Shown here one piece after another: positions 40,139 to 51,670 of a stretch of DNA of 64,000 nucleotides. Position 1 is the stretch's first letter. Every line of letters starts with the position of its first letter. The stretch is from Anaeramoeba ignava BMAN (lineage: Eukaryota; Protista; Anaeramoebae), in assembly GCA_028826165.1 (NCBI GenBank), contig JAPDFW010000059.1, positions 124,001-188,000 of the forward strand, in the 5' to 3' direction. The notes below the pieces were generated by a model. It was not told where the DNA came from, did not search any database, and was given only the letters and a program-made list of their open reading frames with translations. The position numbers and the translations under genes are program-made.

Positions 40139-43100
40139 ATGAACCTTTGGAAAATAATTGAGAAAAATGACATCCAATTATTACAAAAAATTGATTCAAT
40201 TCCAGAAAAATATTTACAACAAAACGAAAAACCTCTTTTAAACTTTGCAATAGAAAAAAAAGTTTCAAAAGAAATGATTGAACTTCTAATTACAAAAGGA
40301 GCAAATCCAAATTTTGTTGATAAAATGGGAAGACATTCATTACATCTCGCAATTATCAACAATTCAGGAATAGAAATGATGAAATTATTAATTTCAAAAG
40401 GAGCTTCAATTCATCCAAAAGATAGAAAAGGAAAAACAATTTTACATTATGCTATGAAATATTTAAAAGCAGAAAATGCAGTAGAAATTGCTGATTATTT
40501 AATTGAAAAAGGAGTTGATATTCATTCAAAAACTATCCAAAATGAAACAATTTTACATGCTGCTTGTCAATACAATTCAATTAAAGTTATCGATTATTTG
40601 ATTGGAAAAGGGCTTGATATTAATGAAACAACAATTTCAAAAGAGTCAATCTTACATTTTGCTTGCAAACATAATTCATTAGAAGTTATTAAATATTTAG
40701 TTGAAAAAGGAGTTGATATTTATTCAAAAACTAACCAAAATGAAACCATTTTGTATTCTGCTTGCCAATATAATTCAATTGAAGTTATTGAGTATTTGAT
40801 TGAAAAAGGACTTGATATTAAAGAAAAAAGAAAATGGCATGAAACAACCTTACATTTTGCTTGTAAAAACAATTCATTAGAAATTATTAAATATCTGATT
40901 GAAAAAGGAGTTGATTTATATGAAAAAACAGATGAAAATTATACAGTTTTACATTTTGCTTGCAGAAAAAACTCATTAGAAGTTATTAAATATTTGGTTG
41001 AAAAAGGAGTTGATTTATATGCAAAAACAGATCAAAATCATACAGTTTTACATTTTGCTTGCAGAAAAAACTCATTAGAAGTTATTAAATATTTGGTTGA
41101 AAAAGGTGTAGATATTCATACATTATCAGAAGACAATGAAACAGCTCTTCATGATGCCTGCAAAACAAATTCATTAGAAGTTATCCAATATTTGATTGAA
41201 AAAGGAATCGATGTCAATGAAATAACCAAATGGAATGAATTAGCTTTTCATATGGCTTGTGAGTCAAATTCATTAGAAGTTGTGGAATATCTTTTTGAAA
41301 AAAGTTTTGATGTCAACGAAAGAATGAATTGGAATCAAATCGCTTTACATTATGCTTGCTCAAAAAACTCATTAGAAGTTATTCAATACTTGGTTGAAAA
41401 AGGAATTGATATCAATGCAAAAACATATTATAAGGAAACAGCTTTGCATGAAGCTTGCAAATCTAATCCATCGATACAGGTTATCAAATATTTAATTGAA
41501 AATGGAGTTAATTTGAAAGTAAAAACAAATTATAATGAAACAGCCTTCCATTATGCGTGCCAAAAACATATATTAGAAGATGTCAAGTATTTAGTTGAAC
41601 AAGGTGTTGATATCAACGTTCTGTCAGATGAAGATGAATCAGTTTTACATTTTGCTTGTGGAAAAAACTCAGTTGATGTTATCGACTATCTAATTGAGAT
41701 TGGAGTTGATATGAACCAAAAAAACGAAGAAGATGAAACACTTTTGCATATTGCTTGTTGGAATAACTCATTGAAAGTCATTGAATATCTAGTTGGAAAA
41801 GGAGTTGATTTGCATGCAAAAACAAATCAAAATCAAACTAATTTACATATTGCTTGTCAAATTAATTCATTTCAAGTTGTGAAGTATCTAGTTGAAAAAG
41901 GTATTGATATCAACGCAAAAACAGGTGAAAATGAAACAGCTTTTCATTATGCTTGCCAAAATAATTCATCTTTCCCAATTATCCAATACTTGATTGAAAA
42001 AGGAGCAGATATTCATGAAAAAACGATTGAAAACGAAACAGCTCTACATTTTGCTTGCAAAAAAAACTCTTTGCAAACAATAAAATTATTAATTGAAAAA
42101 GGAATAGATATCAACACCAAATCAACAAGAAATGAAACAGCTCTACATATCGCTTTTCGAAATAATTTACTTGATATTGCACAATATCTCATTTCAAAAG
42201 GAGCTAGAATTACTGATAAGTCATCTCATAACGAAACAGCTTTACACATAGTTTGTGGGATTCATCCATCAAATGAATTGATCGAATATTTACTTTCAGA
42301 AGGGATTGATATGAATGCAAAAACAACTCTCAATCAAACAGCCTTGCATTATGCTTGCAGAAAAGGTGGATTGGAAAATATTCAATATTTAGTTGAAAAA
42401 GGAATTGATATCAACGCAAAAACAAACGAGGGACAAACAGCTTTGCATTTGGCTTGCAGAAAAAGTTTGTTTGAAAATATTCAATATTTAGTTGAAAAAG
42501 GAATTGATATCAATGCAAAAATCAAACGAGGGACAAACAGCTTTGCATTTGGCTTGTGAAATGAATGTTTCAATTGAAATTGTCAAGTATCTTATTGAAA
42601 AAGGAATAGATCTCAATGCAAAAACGAATTTAAACGAAACTGCTTTACATTTAGCTTGCAAAAATGATTCATCCTTCCAAATTGTGGAATATTTGATTGA
42701 GAAAGGATTGGATGTGAATGCAAAGGATCACAAAAATGAAACTCCTTTGCATATTGCTTGCAAAAAAACTCCATCTAATAAAATGATTAATTATTTATTT
42801 GGAAAAGGAGCTGACATCCACGCAAAAACTAGTAAAAACAAAACACCATTGCATTTTGTTTGCAAAAAAAACCTCTCGTTCAAAGTAACGAAGTATTTGA
42901 TTGAGAAAGGTGTTGATATAAATGCCAAAACAGATAGTAATGAAACACCTCTTTCTTTATCAATCAAAAATTCTAATAACCAAGCAATCAAATTACTACT
43001 AATCGAAGAGGCAAGCATCTATGGTCTCAAAGGCAAACAGATCTCAAAACAATTTATTGATTTATTTTCTCGAATTTATTCAATCAACGAAGATTTAAAC

Positions 43101-43793
43101 AATTTGTTGAAATCAAACCAATTCTCAGATTTAACAATATATTCAAATGATTCATCAAAATTTCATGTTCACAAATTGATTCTTTTATCAAGATTGAATA
43201 ACAACGAAACAATTTTGGAATCATTTATTCAAAAATGCTCTCAAAAACCAAAAAAAATTGTGGAACTTATTCTCAGTTTTCTTTATACAGGATTCATTGA
43301 TTTTGACCAGATTATCCAAAAATTAAATCGTAAAAAAGATCAGATTGAAAATAAACAAAAAGAAAACCAAAAAAAAGAGAAATTGATAGAACCAAAAGAA
43401 ATGGGTTTGATTGAAGACTTTTTCAAAGAAATTGGATTTGAATCCAAAAAAGGAAGAAAAGGAATAATAAAAGATTTGTCGAAATTATATCAACAAAACG
43501 AAACCAAAGATTTCAAAATTATTATTGAAGAAAAAGAAATCAAAGTTCACAAATTAATATTAATTTTAAGAAGTGAATTGTTCAAAGGAATGTTCCAATT
43601 AAATGTTCAAGATTCATCAAATCAAGTTCATGATTATTCAAGAAAATCATTTGAAACTATTCATCAATTAATTTATTTTCTTTATCATGATGAATTTGAA
43701 GAAGAAACAAAAAGAATTAATGAAGAATTTGAAGATTTGAAAGATTATTATCAATTAAATCCAAATTCAATAATTGATTTATTTTTGAATTAA
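40139..43793 (+). CDS. ~28 ankyrin repeats + tandem BTB protein (~1217 aa; +1 frameshift near 42521)
   Basis: Regular TxLHxAC...LIEKGxDIN repeats; BTB motifs FSDLTI...VHKLILLSR and KDFKI...VHKLILILRSELFKGMF...FLYHD. Confidence 0.92.
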
Positions 43794-43817
43794 TAAAAAG
43801 GAAAAATAATTTTTTTT

Positions 43818-45226
43818 TTAAATGAAATAGGTTTCAACTTCATCAACTTCCCATTTATCATAAGAACCAGCTAAATAACCTTTAGCTTCATCTGAATCAT
43901 ATTCAATTCCATCAGGGAGAACATAACTATTACCAAAATGTGAATTACCAGATTGCAGATTAGAATTTAAATGCCAATCCCATCCTCCTCCAAAAATTGG
44001 ACCATAATCTAAACCATAATAAATTGCAAATACTTCATCACCTTGTTTAACTGAGAATTTCTCTGGCTCTCTATTATTCTTATCATTTCTTAATGAGAAA
44101 ATAAAAGGATTTGGATCAACAATATATCCAGTTTTATATTTTCTCCAAACTTCATTCCATTTTGATTTATCATCTGTAAATCCAACTGAAGTAAATCCTC
44201 CAAAAATAAAATTATCTTTTGTTTTGATAATAACTAATGTTTTTCCTTTATCATCACATGTTTCATGCCATTTTTTGCAATCAAATCCATCTCTTTTTGC
44301 TGAATATCCTTTTTTCATTTTGGAAAAGAATTCGTTGTCATTTATCCATTCTTTTAATTTCTTGAAATGCTTTTTTTCTTGGATAATTTCTGAATCTAAT
44401 CTAAATCTGGATTTGAAAATTAATAAATTTCGATTTTCTTTTTGAATAAATTGTTTTAATTCTTTTTCATTCATTTGAATTTTTTGGAATTGAATTAATT
44501 TTTGTGAAATTTGTTTTGGAATTAAGTCTTCTTTCAAAGTATCTTCAAGTTCTTGTTTGGAAAAATCAATAAATCTTATTTTATCAATAATATTGGAAAT
44601 TTGATTAATATCTGGTTTATACTTTCCCCATTTTATTATTGTTTGGAATAGTTCAAATTCATCTATTTCAATGCAATTATTCGATAAAATTAAATTTAAA
44701 TGATTTTCTTCAAGTTCAAGAAAAAACGAAGTTTTAATAAATTTATCAAAATTATCAAAAATAAATTGATAAGAAGAATCTATTAATATATTGAAGTTCA
44801 TTGATTCAGATAATTTAAGAATATCAACAACAGTTTCAATTTGTAAATTGTTTTTGATAAAATTTAAACAAATTTCAATTAATTCATCAATTAAATATTT
44901 CGATGAAAAAACTAAAATTTCAACAGCATTTTCTAAATTAATTTCAATTTTTCCTGAATAAAAATAATCCAAAATTGAAAAGAGAATTGAACTTGAAACA
45001 TCTTTTAGAATTAATTTATTTTCTTGATATTCTTTCATTTTTGAATTGAAAAGAGATTTAAAATAATGACTTCTTGAAGAAAGAATTGATTTATGAGTTT
45101 TAAATGAAGTTTTATTTTGTTCACAAATTATTTCAAAATCAAAATAACTTTCTTCTTTTGATTTTGGTTTTGAAATAAATTTTTTAAATCATTTGAAAGT
45201 TTTTGTAAATTTAAATAAGTTTGCAT
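43818..45226 (-). CDS. BTB-BACK-TLDc protein (~469 aa; -1 frameshift near 45160)
   Basis: BTB YFDFEII...HKSILSSRSHYFKSLFNSKMKE...DYFYSG; BACK-like EFELFQTIIKW...IRFIDF; TLDc YSAKRDGF...CDDKGKTLVIIKT...IFGGFT...FIFSL...GPIFGGG...EVETY. Confidence 0.9.
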
Positions 45227-45373
45227 TTTGAAATAATGAAAAATGAAATAAAAATTTTCATTTTTCATTTTTCATTTTTTTCATTTTTCATTTTTTTCCT
45301 TTTTTTCCTTTTTTTCCTTTTTTTTCATTTTTTTCCTTTTTCAAAACAAAAACAAAAAAAAAGAAAAATTATT

Positions 45374-48300
45374 ATGGGATTTATTGAATCAAAACCAAAA
45401 ATCGTTCTAATTCACAATGAAAATCAAAATCAAATTCAAAATCAAATTCAATTAGAAAATCAAAATCAAAATCAAAATCAAGAAATTCAATCCGAAATTA
45501 AAAAATTCAATAAATTCTTAATAAAACAAGCAAATAAACAAATTGGTTTAATGTTTGGAATGAAGAAACTTCAGATTTTCCAATTTATTGTGGAAAAGAT
45601 AAAATTTCAATTCCTTGTCATAAATCAATTTTAGAAGCTCGTTCAAACTATTTTATGACAAAAATAAGAGAAAATAATTTAAATTCAATTTATTTTAATA
45701 ATTTTAGTTCTGAAATTGTTAAGCCAATTCTTAAATTTTTTTATAATGGAAAATTTGAATTTGATAAACAAAAATTTGATGAATATTTTCAATTTGCAAA
45801 TGAAATTAAATTAAAAGAAATTAAAATCAAAATTGAACTTGAAATTCAATCAATTTTTACTATTGAAAATATTTTGGAAATTTATTTCAAAATCTCAAAA
45901 AATTAATTCAAAAAATCTTTCTCAAAATTGTGAAAAATTTATTTTACAAAATATTCAATCTATCATTTCAAATCCAAATTTTGATAAATATTTAAATCAA
46001 AATCTAAATCAAATTTACAATTTTATTGGATTAATTTTTTTAAATCAAAATATTACAAAAAAACTTCAAATTATTCAACAAATTACACAAAAGTGGAATC
46101 AAAATAATCAAAAAAAATTGATTAAATTTGAAATGAATCAAAATGAAAAAGAAAATCAAAAAGAAAATGAAAATGAAAATGAAAATGAAAATGAAAAAGA
46201 AATTGAAAAAGAAAATGAAAAAGAAAATGAAAAAGAAATTGAAAAAACAAAATCAATTAATTCATTCCAACTTCAAAATAAAATTCTTTTATTCAATTCG
46301 AAAATTGAAAAATTTGAACAAGAAAATAAAATAAAAAAATTTCAAATTAAACAGCTTTCTGATGAAAAACGAAAAATCAAAGAAAAATTAGACGAGATTA
46401 AAAAACAAATTCAAGAAATTCAAGAAATTCAAGAAGAATATGAAAAATCGAACAAAGAAACTCAAGAAAAATATCACCAATTAATCCAAAATAATGAAAA
46501 AACGAAAAAAGAAGTCGAAAAATTTAAGGAAATACTTACTCGTTTGGAAAATTCATTTCAACAAAATAGAAAACAAGATTTAGAAATTTTTCAAAAAACA
46601 ATCCAAGAAATTCAAAATGAATTCAAAAAAAGAAAGAATGCAAATTTAGAAAAAATTGATCAAAAATATCAAGAATTAAAAAAGTTTCCCAAATTAAACA
46701 CAGAAGAAGATTTAAAATTATTTGAGGAACAAATTCAATTATTTACAAATGAATTTGAAAAAAGAAAAAAAGAATTTAAACAATTTAAACAATTTAAACA
46801 ACAAAACAAAAATGAAAATGAAAATTTGGAAAAATTTGATAAAATAATTGAAGAATTTAAAAATGAAATTGAAAAAACAAAAAAGCCATTTGATTTACAA
46901 ATTGATCAAGAAATGAAAAATAATCAAAATAACATTGAATATCAAAAATTCAAAAATAAAAATTCTTCAATCAATAGAAAAAGCAGCAATTTTTTTACTA
47001 AAATTTTCAAATAAAATCCAACAACATGAGAAAAGTAATTCAAAAATAAAAGAAAAAAAAGAAATTGAATTGAATTGAATAATTTTCATCAACTTATCAT
47101 TTTATTTAATTAATATTTGATTTTGAAAAAAAAATCAAAAACCAAAGAATTAATTGAAATTGATATTCCGTTTATTGTTGAATGTATGAATAATTTCCCA
47201 ACAAGTGATTTGATTCAAGAAAGTGGATGTAAAATTTTATGGATTATTTCTTTTGATAATAAAGGTAAATAAATAAAAAATCCAAAATGGAAAATATGAA
47301 ATATTGAATCAATCAAAAAAAAAAATTACTTGATTAATTAATTAATTAATTGATTGATTGATTCCAATTTATTTTCTAAAAAAAAAAAAAATAAAATCAA
47401 AAATAGAAATCCAAATTGAAATCAAAAAATCAAATGGAATTGAACCTATTATTAAAGCAATGAATAATTTCCCAAAAAATGATTTGATTCAAGAAAATGG
47501 ATGTGGAGCTTTATCCAATATTGTTGTTGATAATAAAGGTAAATAAATAAAAAATCCAAAATGGAAAATATGAAATATTGAATCAATCAAAAAAAAAAAT
47601 TACTTGATTAATTAATTGATTGATTCCAATTTATTTTCTAAAAAAAAATAAAATTAAATCAAAAATAGAAATCAAAATTGAAATCAAAAAATTAAATGGA
47701 ATTGAACCTATTATTAATGCAATGAATAATTTCCCAAAAAATGATTTGATTCAAGAAAGTGGATGTGTAATTTTAGGGAGTATTTCTTTTGATAATAAAG
47801 GTAAATAAATAAAAAATCCAAAATGGAAAATATGAAATATTGAATCAATCAAAAAAAAAAATTAATTAATTAATTCCAATTTATTTTCTAAAAAAAAAAT
47901 TAAATCAAAAATAGAAATCCAAATTGAAATCAAAAAATTAAATGGAATTAAACCTATTATTAATGCAATGAATAATTTCCCAGATAATCGAGATATTCAA
48001 TATAGAGGATGTGGAGCTTTAGGGATTATTTCTTTTGATAATAAAGGTAAATAAATAAAAAATCCAAAATGGAAAATATGAAATGTTGAATCAATCAAAA
48101 AAAAAAATTACTTAATTAATTAATTAATTAATTAATTAATTAATTAATTCCAATTTATTTTATAAAAAAATAATCAAATCAAAAATAGAAATCCAAATTG
48201 AAATCAAAAAATTAAATGGAATTGAACCTATTATTAATGCAATGAATAATTTACCATATAATCAAGATATTCAATATAGAGGATGTGAAGCTTTAGGGAT

Positions 48301-48802
48301 TATTTCTTTTGATAATAAAGGTAAATAAATAAAAAATCCAAAATGGAAAATATGAAATGTTGAATCAATCAAAAATTACTTAATTAATTAATTAATTAAT
48401 TCCAATTTATTTTCTAAAAAAAAAATTAAATCAAAAATAGAAATCCAAATTGAAATCAAAAAATTAAATGGAATTAAACCTATTATTAATGCAATGAATA
48501 ATTTCCCAGATAATCGAGATATTCAATATAGAGGATGTGAAGCTTTAGGGATTATTTCTTTTGATAATAAAGGTAAATAAATAAAAAATCCAAAATGGAA
48601 AATATGAAATGTTGAATCAATCAAAAATTAATTAATTAATTCCAATTTATTTTCTAAAAATAAAATAAAATCAAAAATAGAAATCCAAATTGAAATCAAA
48701 AAATTAAATGGAATTAAACCTATTATTAATGCAATGAATAATTTACCATATAATCAAGATATTCAGGCAACAGGAAATTTTGTTCTTCAATCATTAAAAT
48801 AA
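45374..48802 (+). CDS. N-myristoylation motif + BTB + coiled coil + ARM-repeat protein (~852 aa; 8 exons; frameshifts near 45555, 45890, 46955)
   Basis: Starts MGFIESK; BTB TSDFPIYC...CHKSILEARSNYF...ILKFFYNG; long K/E/Q coiled coil. Exons 45374-47034, 47148-47264, 47407-47538, 47669-47800, 47915-48046, 48189-48320, 48441-48572, 48681-48802, the later ones each encoding GIxPIIxAMNNxP...IQxxGCxxL ARM units. Confidence 0.8.
47190..48765 (+). repeat. Tandem exon+intron duplication array (unit 240-274 bp, 6 units)
   Basis: Six near-identical introns starting GTAAATAAATAAAAAATCCAAAATGGAAAATATGAAAT, alternating with ARM exons (five internal exons of 132 nt). Confidence 0.95.
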
Positions 48803-49021
48803 CAAATTCTTTCTTCCTTTCCTTCCAATAATTAATTCCAAGTCAATTTAATTTAAATTGATTATTGAAAAATATTTTATTCCACTTTTTTTTTTTGAAT
48901 TAAATTGAATTAAAATTGATTTTGAAATTAAAAAAAGAAAAAATTGTTGTTTTGATTTTTCAATAACAAGATATTTTATTAAAATTTTTGTTTTTTTTTG
49001 TTTTTAAAAAGAAAAAGAAAA

Positions 49022-49600
49022 TTATAAAATAGAGCATTTCTTTTTTGGTTTATCAGGTTTAACAGGAGAAAGAACAGCACGAATAGATTCATCAAAAACA
49101 GTTTTCAAATTTTTCTGAGTCAAAGCAGAACATTCCAAATATTTAACAGCTTTAATTTCTTTAGCCATATCCATACCAGCTTGATAACTAATAGGAGATA
49201 AACCTTTTTCTTCAAGTTTCATGATAGTATCTTGGTCATCTCTCAAATCAAGCTTAGTACCAACAAGAATCATAGGAACATTAGAACAATGATGATGAAT
49301 TTCAGGAACCCATTTAGCTCTAACGTTTTCAAAAGAAGAAGGTGAAATCAATGAAAAGCAAATCAAAAATACATCCGTTTGTGGATATGATAATGGTCTT
49401 AATCTATCGTAATCTTCTTGTCCTGCTGTATCCCATAATCCTAAATTGATTGGTTTTCCATCTACCATTACATTGGCTGAATAATTATCAAATACTGTTG
49501 GTATATATTCTCCTGGAAATGCATTTGTTGTATATGATATTAATAAACATGTTTTACCAACTGCTCCATCTCCAACAACTACACATTTAATTGATTGCAT
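49022..49600 (-). CDS. RAC: Rac-type Rho family small GTPase (192 aa, intronless)
   Basis: [47 protein letters not shown], polybasic tail and CSIL CaaX. Confidence 0.97.
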   Translation of the reverse strand: MQSIKCVVVGDGAVGKTCLLISYTTNAFPGEYIPTVFDNYSANVMVDGKPINLGLWDTAGQEDYDRLRPLSYPQTDVFLICFSLISPSSFENVRAKWVPEIHHHCSNVPMILVGTKLDLRDDQDTIMKLEEKGLSPISYQAGMDMAKEIKAVKYLECSALTQKNLKTVFDESIRAVLSPVKPDKPKKKCSIL

Positions 49601-49805
49601 TTTGTTTTTTTGTTTTTAAAAAAATTTAAATTTAAAAATAAAAATTATTAAAAAAGAAAAAGAATGAAAATAAAATTAATTAAATTTTTTCTTTTTATTT
49701 TTATTTTATTTTTTAATTTAAATTTTTTGTTAAAATTTTTTTTCATTCGAAAAATTTCTTTTTATTTTTATTTAAATTTTTCCATTTATTTATTCCATTT
49801 TTTAG

Positions 49806-51482
49806 TATTAATTTTATTTATAAATATAAAATAAAAATTAATTCCAAATTAATATTTAATTTAAATCTATTCCCAATTTGTTTAAAAAATTAATCAAAAT
49901 ATTTTATTAATTAAATATCAAGAAATTAATTAATAAAAATATATTTTTAATAATTAATTTTATTTATAAATATAAAATAAAAATTAATTTCAAATTAATA
50001 TTTAATTTAAATCTATTCTCATTCTTTTTAAAAATTAATTAAAATATTTTATTAATTAAATATCAAAAATTAATTAATAATAATATATTTCTAATAATTA
50101 ATTTTATTTATAAAATATAAAATAAAAATTAATTCTAAATTAGTATTTAATTTAAATCTATTTTCATTCTGTTTAAAAATTAATTAAAATATTTTATTAA
50201 TTAAATATCAAAAACTAATTAATAAAAAATATATTTTGTGTATTAATTTTATTTATAAATATAAAATATAAATTAATTTCAAATTAATATTAAATTCAAA
50301 TCTATTTTATATTTTGTTTAAAAATTAATTAAAATATTTTATTAATTAAATATCAAAAATTAATTAATAAAAATATATTTTGTGTATTAATTTTATTTAT
50401 AAATATAAAATATATAAATTAATTCCAAATTAATATTAAATTTAAATCTATTTCCATTTTGTTTAAAAATTAATTAAAATATTTTATTAATTAAATATCA
50501 AAAATTAATTAATAATAATATATTTCTAGTATTAATTTTATTTATAAATATAAAATAAAAATTAATTCCAAATTAATATTAAATTCAAATATATTTCTAT
50601 TTTGTTTAAAAATTAATTAAAATATTTTATTAATTAAATATCAAGAAATTAATTAATAAAATATATTTTTAATAATTAATTTTATTTATAAATATAAAAT
50701 AAAAATTAATTTCAAATTAATATTAAATTTAAATCTATTCCCATTCTTTTTATAAAATTAATTAAAATATTTTATTAATTAAATATCAAAAATTAATTAA
50801 TAATAATATATTTTGTGTTTTAATTTTATTTATAAATATAAAATAAAAATTAATTTCAAATTAATATTTAATTTAAATCTATTCCCCATTCTGTTTAAAA
50901 ATTAATTAAAATATTTTTATTAATTAAATATCAAAAATTAATTAATAATAATATATTTTTAGTATTAATTTTATTTATAAATATAAAATATAAATTAATT
51001 TCAAATTAATATTTAATTTAAATCTATTTCTATTCTGTTTAAAAAGTTAATTAAAATATTTTATTAATTAAATATCAAGAAATTAATTAATAATAATATA
51101 TTTTTTGTGTATTAATTTTATTTATAAATATAAAATATAAATTAATTTCAAATTAATATTAAATTCAAATATATTTCTATTTTGTTTAAAAATTAATCAA
51201 AATATTTTATTAATTAAATATCAAAAAATTAATTAATAATAATATATTTCTAATAATTAATTTTATTTATAAATATAAAATAAAAATTAATTTCAAATTA
51301 ATATTTAATTTAAATCTATTTCCAATTTGTTTATAAAATTAATCAAAATATTTTATTAATTAAATATCAAAAAATTAATTAATAAAAATATATTTTGTGT
51401 ATTAATTTTATTTATAAATATAAAATATAAATTAATTTCAAATTAATATTAAATTCAAATATATTTCTATTCTGTTTAAAAA
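49806..51482. repeat. Tandem satellite, 12 copies of a ~145-bp AT-rich unit
   Basis: The anchor AAAT(C/A)TATT recurs at 49866, 50012, 50157, 50301, 50447, 50590, 50734, 50878, 51023, 51170, 51315 and 51460 (spacing 143-147 bp). Confidence 0.95.
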
Positions 51483-51670
51483 ATGAAGAGATAAAATTAA
51501 AAAGAAAAAAAGAAGAAAAAAAAAATGTCAATAAAATAAACATGAAAAAAATTTTTTGGATGATGTCAGTTTTCATTTTTTCTTTTTAATTTAAAAAAGA
51601 AACCATTTCCTTTGCAGTTTTCCTTTTATATTACTTTACTTTCTTTGAATTTTTAGGTTTTTAATTTTAA

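Noticed and set aside
47190-48765. CRISPR-like repeat/spacer array or introner transposon insertions
   Set aside because: The alternating segments are homologous coding exons. The identical introns sit at the same position of each repeat, which tandem duplication explains without independent insertion; no TIRs or TSDs are visible.
49806-51482. CRISPR-like array
   Set aside because: Units are similar along their whole length with no unique spacers, there are no cas genes, and the context is eukaryotic.
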